A stretch of DNA of 64,000 nucleotides from an uncultured Methylomirabilota bacterium. GTDB taxonomy: Bacteria; Methylomirabilota; Methylomirabilia; Methylomirabilales; 2-02-FULL-66-22. Positions within the stretch are counted from its first letter, which is position 1. Each line of letters opens with the position of its first letter. A program made the translations under genes and the position numbers. The notes beneath the pieces were generated by a model. That model did no database searches. It was not told the origin of the DNA and worked only from the letters and a program-made list of their open reading frames with translations. The DNA is taken from contig CAWJSJ010000001.1 of assembly GCA_963845565.1 (NCBI GenBank), positions 416,001 through 480,000 on the forward strand, in the 5' to 3' direction. Shown here piece after piece: positions 55,265 through 64,000 of this stretch.

Positions 55265-56620
55265 GTGACACCCTGCGATCATTCGGGACGCCATCCGTTT
55301 CGCATCCTCCTGGTCTCCCCGGTGGACAAGGCCATGCTGGGGCAGGACTTTTACTTCAGATTCCCCCATCTCAGTCTGCCCACGTTGGCCGCCTACACCC
55401 CGGCGGAGGCCTCCGTGGAGATCGTGGATGAAAAGTTTCATCCCTTGCCGGAGGGGCAGGGTTACGATCTGGTCGGCATTTCCGCCATGACCCCGCTCGC
55501 GCCCAAGGCGTATCGCATTGCAGACACGTACCGGCGGCGAGGGATTCCTGTGGTCATGGGCGGGTATCACCCGACCGTGCTGCCGGACGAGGCGCTCGAG
55601 CACGCGGACAGTGTCTGTATCGGGGAAGCGGAGACGCTCTGGTCCACCATCGTGACGGACGCCATGGCCGGCCGACTCAAGGAGCGATACCGCTCCGACG
55701 CGTTTCCCTGCCTCGACAATCTGCCGGCACCCCGGCGGGAGTTGCTGCGGGTTCCCCGCTCCCGGCGGTTCGAGCACATCAACGTGCATTTCGTGCAGAC
55801 GACCCGGGGCTGCCCCTTCCGGTGTTCCTTCTGCGCCGTGACCAGCGTGCTGGGGGGCAAGCTCCGACACCGCCCCGTCGCGGAGATCGAAGCCGAGATC
55901 GAGGCGCTGGGCGTTCGCCGTTTGGACCGAGGCCAGAAGCGCGACCGGTTTCATAACATCATCTTCTTCACCGACGACAACATCGTGGGCCACCGAGGGT
56001 ACTCGCGAGAACTCTTGCGCATGGTCGCTACCTTCAACCTGAAATGGGTCGGACAAGCCTCGACCAACGTAGCCGACCACGAGGAAATCCTCGGCCTTCT
56101 CCGGGATTCGGGCTGCATGGGGCTGGCCGTAGGCTTCGAGACGCTCTCACAGAAGAACATCCGGGACGTCGGTAAGGGCGTGAACCGGACGCAGGAGTAT
56201 CTGGAGCGCATCCGCAAGATCCATTCCTACGGGATCGGGCTCGCGGGGAATTTCATCTTCGGATTCGATCACGACGACGCCACGACTTTTGCCGAGGTGG
56301 TCCGTTTCGTGGATGCGGCCCGGCTCGACGGATTCTACTACTCGCTCCTGACCCCGTATCCGGGGACCCCGTTTTTCGACCAGATGAAAGCCGAGGGCCG
56401 CCTGCTGGAGACGGACTGGTCGCTGTACGACACGGACCACGTGGTGTACCGTCCCCGGCTGATGGATGCCGAAACCCTGATGAAAGGTTATCGCTGGGCC
56501 TGGCGGCGCAGCCTTGAATACCGGAGCATTCTCACCAGGCTCCTGGGCTCGCGGAACCAGCTCATCTTTTTCGGCCCCATGAACTACGGGATGCGCCGTA
56601 CGATCCTGGCGCACCGGTAA
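55265..56620 (+). CDS. B12-binding radical SAM enzyme (paralog of 51652-53007)
   Basis: GGYHPT, RGCPFRCSFC, FTDDN, GFET and TPYPGT motifs. Confidence 0.9.
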   Translation: MTPCDHSGRHPFRILLVSPVDKAMLGQDFYFRFPHLSLPTLAAYTPAEASVEIVDEKFHPLPEGQGYDLVGISAMTPLAPKAYRIADTYRRRGIPVVMGGYHPTVLPDEALEHADSVCIGEAETLWSTIVTDAMAGRLKERYRSDAFPCLDNLPAPRRELLRVPRSRRFEHINVHFVQTTRGCPFRCSFCAVTSVLGGKLRHRPVAEIEAEIEALGVRRLDRGQKRDRFHNIIFFTDDNIVGHRGYSRELLRMVATFNLKWVGQASTNVADHEEILGLLRDSGCMGLAVGFETLSQKNIRDVGKGVNRTQEYLERIRKIHSYGIGLAGNFIFGFDHDDATTFAEVVRFVDAARLDGFYYSLLTPYPGTPFFDQMKAEGRLLETDWSLYDTDHVVYRPRLMDAETLMKGYRWAWRRSLEYRSILTRLLGSRNQLIFFGPMNYGMRRTILAHR

Positions 56621-56656
56621 GGGGGTGGGTCGGACCTCAGAGAGGAGGGAAATGTC

Positions 56657-57634
56657 ATGCGGTGCACAGCGAGAGCGCTTTTCCTCTGTATGGTTGTTTC
56701 GCTCTGCGTTTCGCACACCGTGGCCGCTGAAATCCTCACCAATGAGGCGGTCGTCACGATGGTCAAGGCAGGACTCGGGGACGACGTGATCGTCGGCAAG
56801 GTCCGGCTGACGCAGGGACAGTACGATCTCTCCACCAACGGCCTCCTGCGCCTCAAGGCCGACGGAGTGAGCGAAGCGGTCATCAAAGCCATGATCGAGG
56901 CGTCGGCCGGTGGGGAGGCACCCGGGCCGAAGCCGGTCCAGGCAGCGACGGCTCCCGCGGAGGCAGCGCGTCGCGAAGAGGCGGCCATCGCGCTCTACAA
57001 ACAGGGGAAGATGGCAGAGGCCGCGGCGGCGTTTGACCGGCTGATCGCCGAGAAGCCGGACGACGCCGGACTCAGGGTGTGGAAGGCCCTCACGCTGCTG
57101 GAGCAGGCGCGCGAGATCAAGGACAACAATGCGTCCGGGTACAAACCCCTGGTCATGAACGCCTATGCCATCCTTCAGCCGCTCAAGCCGAGGCTGGCGA
57201 CCAACGCGGATTGGAATTTCGCGATGGCCAAGGCCTTCTGGCTGAACGCCTCGCCCACCTGGGCGAGTCGGGCCGCGGGGAACGCACTCCGCCTGCAGGC
57301 GAATTATCCGGAAGCGCAGCTGCTCCTGGGCGACCTGGCCTATGACAGCGAGGTGAGCTCGCTGAACCAGGCCCCCGGCAGTCCGGGGCGGGAGGCCACA
57401 CTGCGGTGGGCGGGCGCCGCGCCTCGGAGGGAAATCGACAAGGCGCTGGCCATGCCGGACCTGCCCCCATCACTCCGCGCGGAGGCGTTTTACAAGCTCG
57501 GTGTGATCTCGGCGGAATTGCAAGGCAAGTCAGAGACGGCGCGTGAATACTGGGAGCGCGCGGTGGCCGCCGATCCCGCCTGCCGATACGGCCGCATGGC
57601 CCAACGCCGTCTCCAAGCGCCGCCCGCGAAGTGA
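56657..57634 (+). CDS. Exported TPR-like protein
   Basis: Signal peptide; LTN..V..MVKAGL..D.I motif; helical repeats. Confidence 0.7.
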   Translation: MRCTARALFLCMVVSLCVSHTVAAEILTNEAVVTMVKAGLGDDVIVGKVRLTQGQYDLSTNGLLRLKADGVSEAVIKAMIEASAGGEAPGPKPVQAATAPAEAARREEAAIALYKQGKMAEAAAAFDRLIAEKPDDAGLRVWKALTLLEQAREIKDNNASGYKPLVMNAYAILQPLKPRLATNADWNFAMAKAFWLNASPTWASRAAGNALRLQANYPEAQLLLGDLAYDSEVSSLNQAPGSPGREATLRWAGAAPRREIDKALAMPDLPPSLRAEAFYKLGVISAELQGKSETAREYWERAVAADPACRYGRMAQRRLQAPPAK

Positions 57635-58557
57635 TGCACGCGACAGCAAGCGGGGGCCGGACTGCCGCCTCCTGCGGACGGACGCGCGCGGCCCCGCCCT
57701 TTGTCGCCGGCCCTCCTGTTCCGGTGGCGAGTGTGCGAGACCTGAATGCCCTGACGGTGGACCTGGAAGATTGGTACCACGTGTGCGGGGTGAAATCGGT
57801 TGAGGGCCCTCGGCAGTGGGGGGCTTTGGAAAGCCGCGTCGTCCGGAGCACCGAACGCCTTCTTTCGCTCCTGCAGTCGCACGGCATCCGGGCCACGTTC
57901 TTTGTGCTGGGGTATGTCGCCGAGCGGGAGCCGGGCCTGGTGCGTGCCATCGCCCGAGAAGGGCACGAGGTGGGCCTCCACGGGCACGTCCACCGCAGGA
58001 TCTTCGAGATGTCGCCCGCCGAGTTCGACGAGGATCTGGTTCGCGCCCAGGCGGCCGTCTCGGCGGCCGCGGGCACCGACGTGGTCGGCTACCGGGCGCC
58101 GGAGTGGTCTATGCGTCCGCATACCCTGTGGGCCTTGTCGATTCTGAGAAAGCGAGGAATTCTCTACGATTCCAGCATGGTGCCCCTCACCCGGATGGGG
58201 GATCGATCCTTTCCCCGTGTTCCCTGCCGCTTCGACACTCCGAATGGAGAGATCGTGGAGTTTCCGTTGACAACAGTTCGATGTTTCGGCGAAAGTATCC
58301 CCTTCTCGGGGGGGTTGCCTCTGAGGTTGACTCCCTACTTCTTCATCGTGTCGCAGATCCGTCGCCTGAACGCGGCCGGGAAACCCGCACTGGTATATGT
58401 CCATCCCTGGGAATTCGACCTCGAACAGCCGAGGATCGGGCTGCCGTGGAGCCGCAGGTTCATGCACGATTTCAACCTGCCGGCGACCCCACGGAAACTC
58501 TCGGGCCTTCTGACACATTTCCGGTTCGCTCCGATCCGGGAGGTGCTGGTCACTTAA
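57631..58557 (+). CDS. Polysaccharide deacetylase-family protein (start may be 57733)
   Basis: TVDLEDWYH, ATFFVLG, HG..H, GYRAP and Y.HPWEFD motifs. Confidence 0.88.
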   Translation: MMHATASGGRTAASCGRTRAAPPFVAGPPVPVASVRDLNALTVDLEDWYHVCGVKSVEGPRQWGALESRVVRSTERLLSLLQSHGIRATFFVLGYVAEREPGLVRAIAREGHEVGLHGHVHRRIFEMSPAEFDEDLVRAQAAVSAAAGTDVVGYRAPEWSMRPHTLWALSILRKRGILYDSSMVPLTRMGDRSFPRVPCRFDTPNGEIVEFPLTTVRCFGESIPFSGGLPLRLTPYFFIVSQIRRLNAAGKPALVYVHPWEFDLEQPRIGLPWSRRFMHDFNLPATPRKLSGLLTHFRFAPIREVLVT

Positions 58558-58779
58558 TTGTGGGATCGACAGTACGCCTCATCACTCGGGATCTTCGTTG
58601 GCGTCGCCGTCGTTTGCCTCATCGGGATCATGTCCCTGCTGCTCTGGCTCGGCTGGGCCGGCGTCGCGGGACTCTCGGCGATCGCGGGCGGATTCTTGGC
58701 CTGGTTCTACTGGGCCCCTCGTCCGGACCTGACCCCGAGGGGCGACGAGCCCGAACCGGATGGGACGCAGCATGACTAG
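58558..58779 (+). CDS. Small two-TM membrane protein
   Basis: Hydrophobic ORF that fills the gap and overlaps the next start. Confidence 0.5.
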   Translation: MWDRQYASSLGIFVGVAVVCLIGIMSLLLWLGWAGVAGLSAIAGGFLAWFYWAPRPDLTPRGDEPEPDGTQHD

Positions 58780-59995
58780 TCGCGTCGCCATCACGGGGAT
58801 GGGGATCGTGACGTGCTACGGCATCGGCACGTCCGCGACCTGGGGAAAGATCCTCGCCGGGGAACCCGGCATCCGCCCCATCACTCTCTTTGACACGTCC
58901 GATTATCGCGTGACGCGGGCGGGGGAGTTTACCGATCTTCCGGTCGCGCCGTGGCGGCGATTCCGTGCCACGCGGATGGACCGCGCCTCCAACCTGTTGC
59001 ATCATGCGCTCGCCGGCGCACTGGGCGGGTTGGACATGCCGGCGACCGCCACGGTGCCCGTGCCGCCCCTGGTGGTCCTCGGCACCACACTCGGGGGCAT
59101 GACCTCGGGGGAGCAATACCATGGGATGTATCTCCGGAAAGGGCCGGCCCTGGCGCGACCTTCCCTGGTGGTGGGGCACCTCGCCCAAGCGCAGGTCCTC
59201 CAAATCATGGACGAGTTCTCGCTTCCGGGCGTGCCGCGCATCTTTTTGAACGCGTGCACGTCAAGCGCCAACGCCATCGGCCATGCGTTCCGCGCGGTTC
59301 GCGGCGGGCGGGCCCAGGTCGCGCTGTGCGGAGGGTATGACGCGCTGTGCGTTTTCGGGTTCACGGGGTTCCACTCGCTCCAGGCGCTGACGACCGACGT
59401 GTGCCGGCCGTTCGATCGGAGTCGCGACGGGCTTTCGATCGGCGAAGGGGCCGGGATCCTCCTCCTCGAGTCGTGGGACCGCGCCCAGGCGCGTGGGGCG
59501 CCGATCCTCGGAGAGATCGTCGGGTACGGGGAATCGACCGATGCGTTCCACATGACGCGCCCGGAACCCGAGGGTTGCATGGCGGCGCTGGCGATCCAGG
59601 CCGCCGTCCGGGACGCCGGGATCAGCGCCGCGGAGGTGGATTACGTGAACGCGCACGGAACCGGGACACCGTTCAACGACCGGTCGGAGACGGCCGCCCT
59701 GGTGGCCGCCATGGGGGAGCGTGCCTATACGATTCCGGTGAGCTCCACCAAGGCGATGATTGGCCATCTGCTGGGCGGGGCCGGTGCCGCGGAAGCGATT
59801 CTCACCGTGTTGGCCCTCAGGGACGCATGGCTTCCGCCGAATGGGAATTACCAGACGCCCGATCCCGACTGCGCCCTACGGATCGTCCGGCAGGCGGAAC
59901 GGCCGACACGCATGCGGTATGCGCTCTCCAATTCCTTCGGCTTCGGCGGAGCCAACGCCACCCTGGCGTTCCGAAGTGTGCGGGCGGACTCCTGA
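58772..59995 (+). CDS. Beta-ketoacyl-ACP synthase (FabF-like, intact Cys-His-His triad)
   Basis: NACTSS, NAHGTGT, GHLLG and NSFGFGG motifs. Confidence 0.92.
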   Translation: MTSRVAITGMGIVTCYGIGTSATWGKILAGEPGIRPITLFDTSDYRVTRAGEFTDLPVAPWRRFRATRMDRASNLLHHALAGALGGLDMPATATVPVPPLVVLGTTLGGMTSGEQYHGMYLRKGPALARPSLVVGHLAQAQVLQIMDEFSLPGVPRIFLNACTSSANAIGHAFRAVRGGRAQVALCGGYDALCVFGFTGFHSLQALTTDVCRPFDRSRDGLSIGEGAGILLLESWDRAQARGAPILGEIVGYGESTDAFHMTRPEPEGCMAALAIQAAVRDAGISAAEVDYVNAHGTGTPFNDRSETAALVAAMGERAYTIPVSSTKAMIGHLLGGAGAAEAILTVLALRDAWLPPNGNYQTPDPDCALRIVRQAERPTRMRYALSNSFGFGGANATLAFRSVRADS

Positions 59996-61062
59996 TGGAC
60001 AGGGTCGCGATTTCGGGTATCGGCATCGTGAGCCCCGGGGCGTTCGGGCGAGAGGCGTTTCTCCGGACCCTCTCGCCCGAACGCCGGACGGATCCGACCT
60101 TTCGGGTTCCCGAGTTTGCCCTCGAACACCACCTGGACAACGCGCGATCGTTCCGCCGGGTTGCCGATGCGACCAAGTTCGCCCTGACCAGTATGGCTCT
60201 GGCGATTGCCGATGCAGGATTCCGTGCCGCCGACTTCGGGGGCGAGCGAGCGGGTCTCGTGGTCGGGGTCAGCCACGGCGCGGTGACCTACGCCGTGGAG
60301 TTTCACCGGACCCTCTTGCGGGAAGGGGCGCTCTCGGCGTCGCCCCTCTATTTTTCCGAATCGGTTCCGAATGCACCGGCAGGAAACGGAGCCATCGCGT
60401 TCCAGATCCGCGGCCCGGTGCACACACTGATCGGGGACGAACCGGTCGGGACGCAAGCCATCGATCTTGCCTCCACCCTGCTCTACGACGGGTGCGTGGA
60501 TCGCTGCGTGGTGGCCGGAACCGAGGAATGGAACGGGGTGGTGGCGCACGCGTACGCCCAGATGGACCACGTCCATCGGAACGGCCGGGACCGCGGGGAC
60601 ACCCCTGCGCTGAGTGACGGGGCCGCGGCGTTGGTGCTCGAGCTGGAAAGTACGGTCGCGAGGCGGAAGGCGACGCCTCATGCGGTCATCGGCGGATGGC
60701 ACCTTGGGCGGTGCCTGGCGGGCTCGCTCGAGGACGCGATGGCGGATACCATCCGCGTGGCGTTCGGACCCACCGGGCATCCTGCCGCGGAGGCGGATCA
60801 TGTCGTGCCTCCCACGGGTCGGCACCGTCGTGCCGCGATGCGCGGCGTGGGTGCGGCGCGCGGGACTGCAGCAGGACAGCCGACGTGGCTTGACCTCCTT
60901 CCCGTCCTGGGCAACCCGATGGGGGCCTCCAATCTGTTCCAGGTCGCGATCTCGGCGGCCCTGATCTCGAACGGAACGCTGGCAGGGCCGGGCCTGGTCG
61001 TGTCCACGGGTATCCAGCGTACGCTGGCGGCCGTCGTGATTTCGGCAGCGGAACGGGAGTGA
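59995..61062 (+). CDS. Non-catalytic KS-like subunit (chain-length-factor-like)
   Basis: SP..F..SVPN..G....F.IRGP motif; Cys position reads E (GDEPVG); no HGTGT. Confidence 0.8.
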   Translation: MDRVAISGIGIVSPGAFGREAFLRTLSPERRTDPTFRVPEFALEHHLDNARSFRRVADATKFALTSMALAIADAGFRAADFGGERAGLVVGVSHGAVTYAVEFHRTLLREGALSASPLYFSESVPNAPAGNGAIAFQIRGPVHTLIGDEPVGTQAIDLASTLLYDGCVDRCVVAGTEEWNGVVAHAYAQMDHVHRNGRDRGDTPALSDGAAALVLELESTVARRKATPHAVIGGWHLGRCLAGSLEDAMADTIRVAFGPTGHPAAEADHVVPPTGRHRRAAMRGVGAARGTAAGQPTWLDLLPVLGNPMGASNLFQVAISAALISNGTLAGPGLVVSTGIQRTLAAVVISAAERE

Positions 61063-62195
61063 CCGGGGTGGACGATCTGCGTTGCGCGCTGCGCGAGATC
61101 CACGGTGGGGCGGTCGCAAAGCGTCTTCTGGCAGATATTCTGTGCTGGGCCGAGCGCGACGGCGTGTTGGAGCGCATGCGCAGGCTGTCCCATTTTACCG
61201 AGGCGGACCTCTGCCGCGCCCTGGATTCCGATCTCGGGTACGCGCTCGGTGCCGGGAATCGGCGACGCATGATCCGGCTCCTCCTCTGCTTGCTTGGCGA
61301 GTGTGGGCGCCTGCGGGAGGCGGATGGAACGTGGGCGTGGCGCTCGGACGGTTCGACCCACGGCCTGGAGAGCGACGAGGAGTCACCTCCGGCGGAGGGA
61401 CGATCGGCCACGGACGCGCAATACGGCTTTTTCCATCGGTGTCTGGAATCCGTCCCGACCTACCTGCGCGGCGGGAGCTCTTCCGTACTCTTTGACCAGA
61501 CGCACGCGGCGGTCTGGGACAGTTTCCTGGGCTGCGCGGAATTCCAGACCTGTCGCTCGCTGCTTCTCGAATTGATGGGAATCGAACGGCACCCCTCCTG
61601 TCGCTTCCTGGATCTGTGCCACGGCCCCGGCTGGGGGATGGAGGCGGCGATCTCCCGGTTTCCGGCGATCCGGGTCACCGCCGTGGACTTCACGGATGTC
61701 TTTCGGGACACGGCGAGAGCGCGGGCGGAGCGCGCGCAGGCCAGCAACCGGCAGCGGGGCCACATGGCTGTTCCGATCACCTGGGTGGGCCCCGAGCAAT
61801 GGCACGGGTTTGGGGACCCCCTCCCGTTTCCCGACTGTGCGTTCGATGCCGTCTTCTTCACCTGCGGGGACCCGTATATTCCTCGCCCCTTGCGGGGGGC
61901 CGTGTATCGAGAACTCGGCCGACTTCTCGCGCCGGGCGGACGGCTGGGAGTCCTGACACGGTCCTGTCCGGATCGAGGCGCCCGACACGTCCCGTCGTTT
62001 TGGCTTCGCGTCTCCGCGCTGGCGCACGATTTCGCCGAGAGCGTGTGCGCAGGATGGGAGGGTTTTGCTGAGGCTGACGACACGATCCGATTGCTGGTGA
62101 GCGCCGGCTTTCAGGGGAGCATCAACGCATCAGGGGACATGAGTCTGCTGGATTCCTCGCTGTGGATCCTCAGGAAGCGGTGCGGCGATGGCTGA
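61059..62195 (+). CDS. Class I SAM-dependent methyltransferase
   Basis: FLDLCHGPG, AVDF, LPFPD..FDAV and L.PGG.L motifs. Confidence 0.8.
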   Translation: MTGVDDLRCALREIHGGAVAKRLLADILCWAERDGVLERMRRLSHFTEADLCRALDSDLGYALGAGNRRRMIRLLLCLLGECGRLREADGTWAWRSDGSTHGLESDEESPPAEGRSATDAQYGFFHRCLESVPTYLRGGSSSVLFDQTHAAVWDSFLGCAEFQTCRSLLLELMGIERHPSCRFLDLCHGPGWGMEAAISRFPAIRVTAVDFTDVFRDTARARAERAQASNRQRGHMAVPITWVGPEQWHGFGDPLPFPDCAFDAVFFTCGDPYIPRPLRGAVYRELGRLLAPGGRLGVLTRSCPDRGARHVPSFWLRVSALAHDFAESVCAGWEGFAEADDTIRLLVSAGFQGSINASGDMSLLDSSLWILRKRCGDG

Positions 62196-63393
62196 GACCG
62201 TGGTCGTTACGGGACTCGGCGTGGTGTCCCCGCTCAATCCCGAGGGTGACCTGGAACGATTCTGGGCATCGTTGTGCGCCGGAGATACGGCACTGTGTGA
62301 GGTGCATTCCTTCGACACCTCGCGGTATCCGTACCACGTAGCGGCGGAGATCGATCGGGATCGGTTGGGAGTCTCGGGTGCGACGGAGGCGCCAGCGTGG
62401 CGTATGGCCGAAGTGGCTTGCGATCAAGCGCTCACCCATGCCGCCGCCGCCCGGTGCACGTTCGAGCCCCGGCGCGCCGGCATCGTGGTCGGGACCGTGC
62501 TCGGTGGAACGACGACGGGCGAGCGGTACATTCGGGCTGAGAACCGAGAACGAGGACGTGATGTCGCGGTGCTGACACAGTATCCGCTCCGGGCCGTGGC
62601 CGCCCTCTTGGCGCGGAAGACGGGGTATGCCGGTTGCGCGCTGACCGTGTCGACCGCCTGTGCGTCGGGGACCGATGCCATCGGGCTGGCCTCCCGCCGG
62701 ATCGCGTCGGGCAGGGCGGACCTGATGATCGCAGGTGGCGTGGATGCCGTCTGCGAGCTTTCGTTTTCCGGTTTCGCCGCCTTGAAGGCTCTGACGACGG
62801 ACAAGGTGCGCCCCTTTTCGCGGAATCGGACGGGCTTGGCGCTCGGAGAGGGCGCGGCGTTCTTGGTCTTGGAGGCGGCGCACGCGGCGGCGCGCCGTGG
62901 GGCGTCGGTGCTCGGTGAGATCGCCGGCTACGCCTCCCGCGCCGACGCGGTCCATCTGACTGCGCCCCATCGTGGGGGGCGGGGGCTAGCCGCCGCGGCT
63001 GCGGCCGCCCTCCGCGACGGGGGGTGCCGCCCGGACGCGATCGACTATGTGAGTGCCCACGGGACGGGGACCCCCTATAACGATGCGATGGAAACGATGG
63101 CCCTCAAGACCGTCCTGGGGACCCACGCGCACCGGGTCGCAATCAGCTCGATCAAGGGAGCCCTCGGTCATGCATTCGGAGCCGCCGGGGCGATCGAAGC
63201 GGTGACGTGTCTCCTGGCGATGCGCGACGGCATCATCCCGCCGACCATCAATCTCGAGGAACCCGACCCGGCGTGCGATCTGGACTTCGTGCCGAACCGG
63301 GCGCGACGGACGACGGTGCGCGCCGCGCTGTCGCTCTCCGCGGGGTTCGGCGGGCAGAACGCCGTGCTGGCGATCCGGGCCCCCGCGCCATGA
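62188..63393 (+). CDS. Beta-ketoacyl-ACP synthase (FabF-like, intact Cys-His-His triad)
   Basis: TACASG, SAHGTGT, GHAFG and GFGGQN motifs. Confidence 0.92.
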   Translation: MAETVVVTGLGVVSPLNPEGDLERFWASLCAGDTALCEVHSFDTSRYPYHVAAEIDRDRLGVSGATEAPAWRMAEVACDQALTHAAAARCTFEPRRAGIVVGTVLGGTTTGERYIRAENRERGRDVAVLTQYPLRAVAALLARKTGYAGCALTVSTACASGTDAIGLASRRIASGRADLMIAGGVDAVCELSFSGFAALKALTTDKVRPFSRNRTGLALGEGAAFLVLEAAHAAARRGASVLGEIAGYASRADAVHLTAPHRGGRGLAAAAAAALRDGGCRPDAIDYVSAHGTGTPYNDAMETMALKTVLGTHAHRVAISSIKGALGHAFGAAGAIEAVTCLLAMRDGIIPPTINLEEPDPACDLDFVPNRARRTTVRAALSLSAGFGGQNAVLAIRAPAP

Positions 63394-64000
63394 GCCACCC
63401 CGTTCGACTCGTCAGTATCGGAATCGCCCGAACCGATGGCGACGGGGCGGGGGTGAACGGAGGGCTCGCCGGTCGGCTCTCGGGGGCCCTGTCGGCGGTC
63501 TCGCGGGACGGCGCGCAGGTCCGCCTGGCGCACGGCATCGAGGAGGCGACGTTGATCGCCGCCTACGACGCGCTGCGTCTCGCCGGTGTGCGCACGCCGC
63601 TGGGGACCGCGGAGATCGGCGTTGCGCTGGGCGTGGAGGAGGGGATCGACGGCATCAAGGCCCAGTACTACCGGGAGGTCGTGAAAGACGGCCCGCTGGG
63701 CGCAAGCCCGATCGTTTTCCCCCTGACGACTCCCAACACCGTCGCCGCGCGTATCTCCATCGCCTTCGATCTGCGCGGAGAGATTGTTACCATGTGCGGC
63801 GGCACCCTGTCCGGGGCGCATGCCCTCGGGCGTGCGATGGAGGCGCTGCGCGAGGGGCGGTCGTCGGCCATGCTCGCCGGCGGTACGACGTCCGTGGAGC
63901 GGGAGTTCCTCGACGCGCTCTCCCTCGTCGGCGGGTTCGAGGGTGGGGCGCCGGGCTGCGCTGCGTGCCTGTTTCTCCTCCGGGCCCCGGGATCGGCCGA
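63390..64000 (+). CDS. Second non-catalytic KS-like subunit (runs off the window)
   Basis: Own translation: SPIVFPLTTPNTVAARISIAFDLRGEIVTMCGGTLSG, with T at the ACxSG Cys position. Confidence 0.75.
   Translation, partial: MSHPVRLVSIGIARTDGDGAGVNGGLAGRLSGALSAVSRDGAQVRLAHGIEEATLIAAYDALRLAGVRTPLGTAEIGVALGVEEGIDGIKAQYYREVVKDGPLGASPIVFPLTTPNTVAARISIAFDLRGEIVTMCGGTLSGAHALGRAMEALREGRSSAMLAGGTTSVEREFLDALSLVGGFEGGAPGCAACLFLLRAPGSA

Noticed and set aside
1..64000. tRNA, rRNA, intact transposase or prophage genes; known riboswitches
   Set aside because: None recognised by eye; a covariance-model scan would be needed to exclude small RNAs

Overview
GC-rich bacterial chromosome segment from a diderm organism. 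The gene content loosely suggests a Methylomirabilota/NC10- or Desulfobacterota-like lineage, but this cannot be verified here. In order, the window contains: a housekeeping run (cdaA-cdaR-glmM, a degenerate pdxJ, acpS, nnr, tsaE, transporters); a decayed integron (5' stub of intI plus about 7 attC sites, with higBA, DUF2938, GNAT, frameshifted MBL-fold and DUF488 cassettes); tsaB-rimI and envelope sugar genes; a nitrogen-regulation island (ntrBC facing a sigma54-driven nifA-like activator and glnK-amtB-ANTAR-porin, with an ANTAR dual-hairpin antiterminator); an ABC transporter followed by a deletion scar; a probable NifU-domain selenoprotein (CxxU plus SECIS-like hairpin); and a NikR-controlled ECF nickel transporter. 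From about 45.2 kb to the window end runs a >18 kb co-oriented lipid biosynthetic cluster. It combines a tetraether-synthase (Tes/GDGT-MAS)-like radical SAM enzyme, three B12-binding radical SAM enzymes, a further radical SAM enzyme, an acyltransferase, a LolA-like carrier and two KS/CLF-like pairs, and is the best candidate for an undescribed system. A composite ~105 bp two-hairpin repeat occurs four times in the window. All family calls come from motif recognition by eye, not from database searches.
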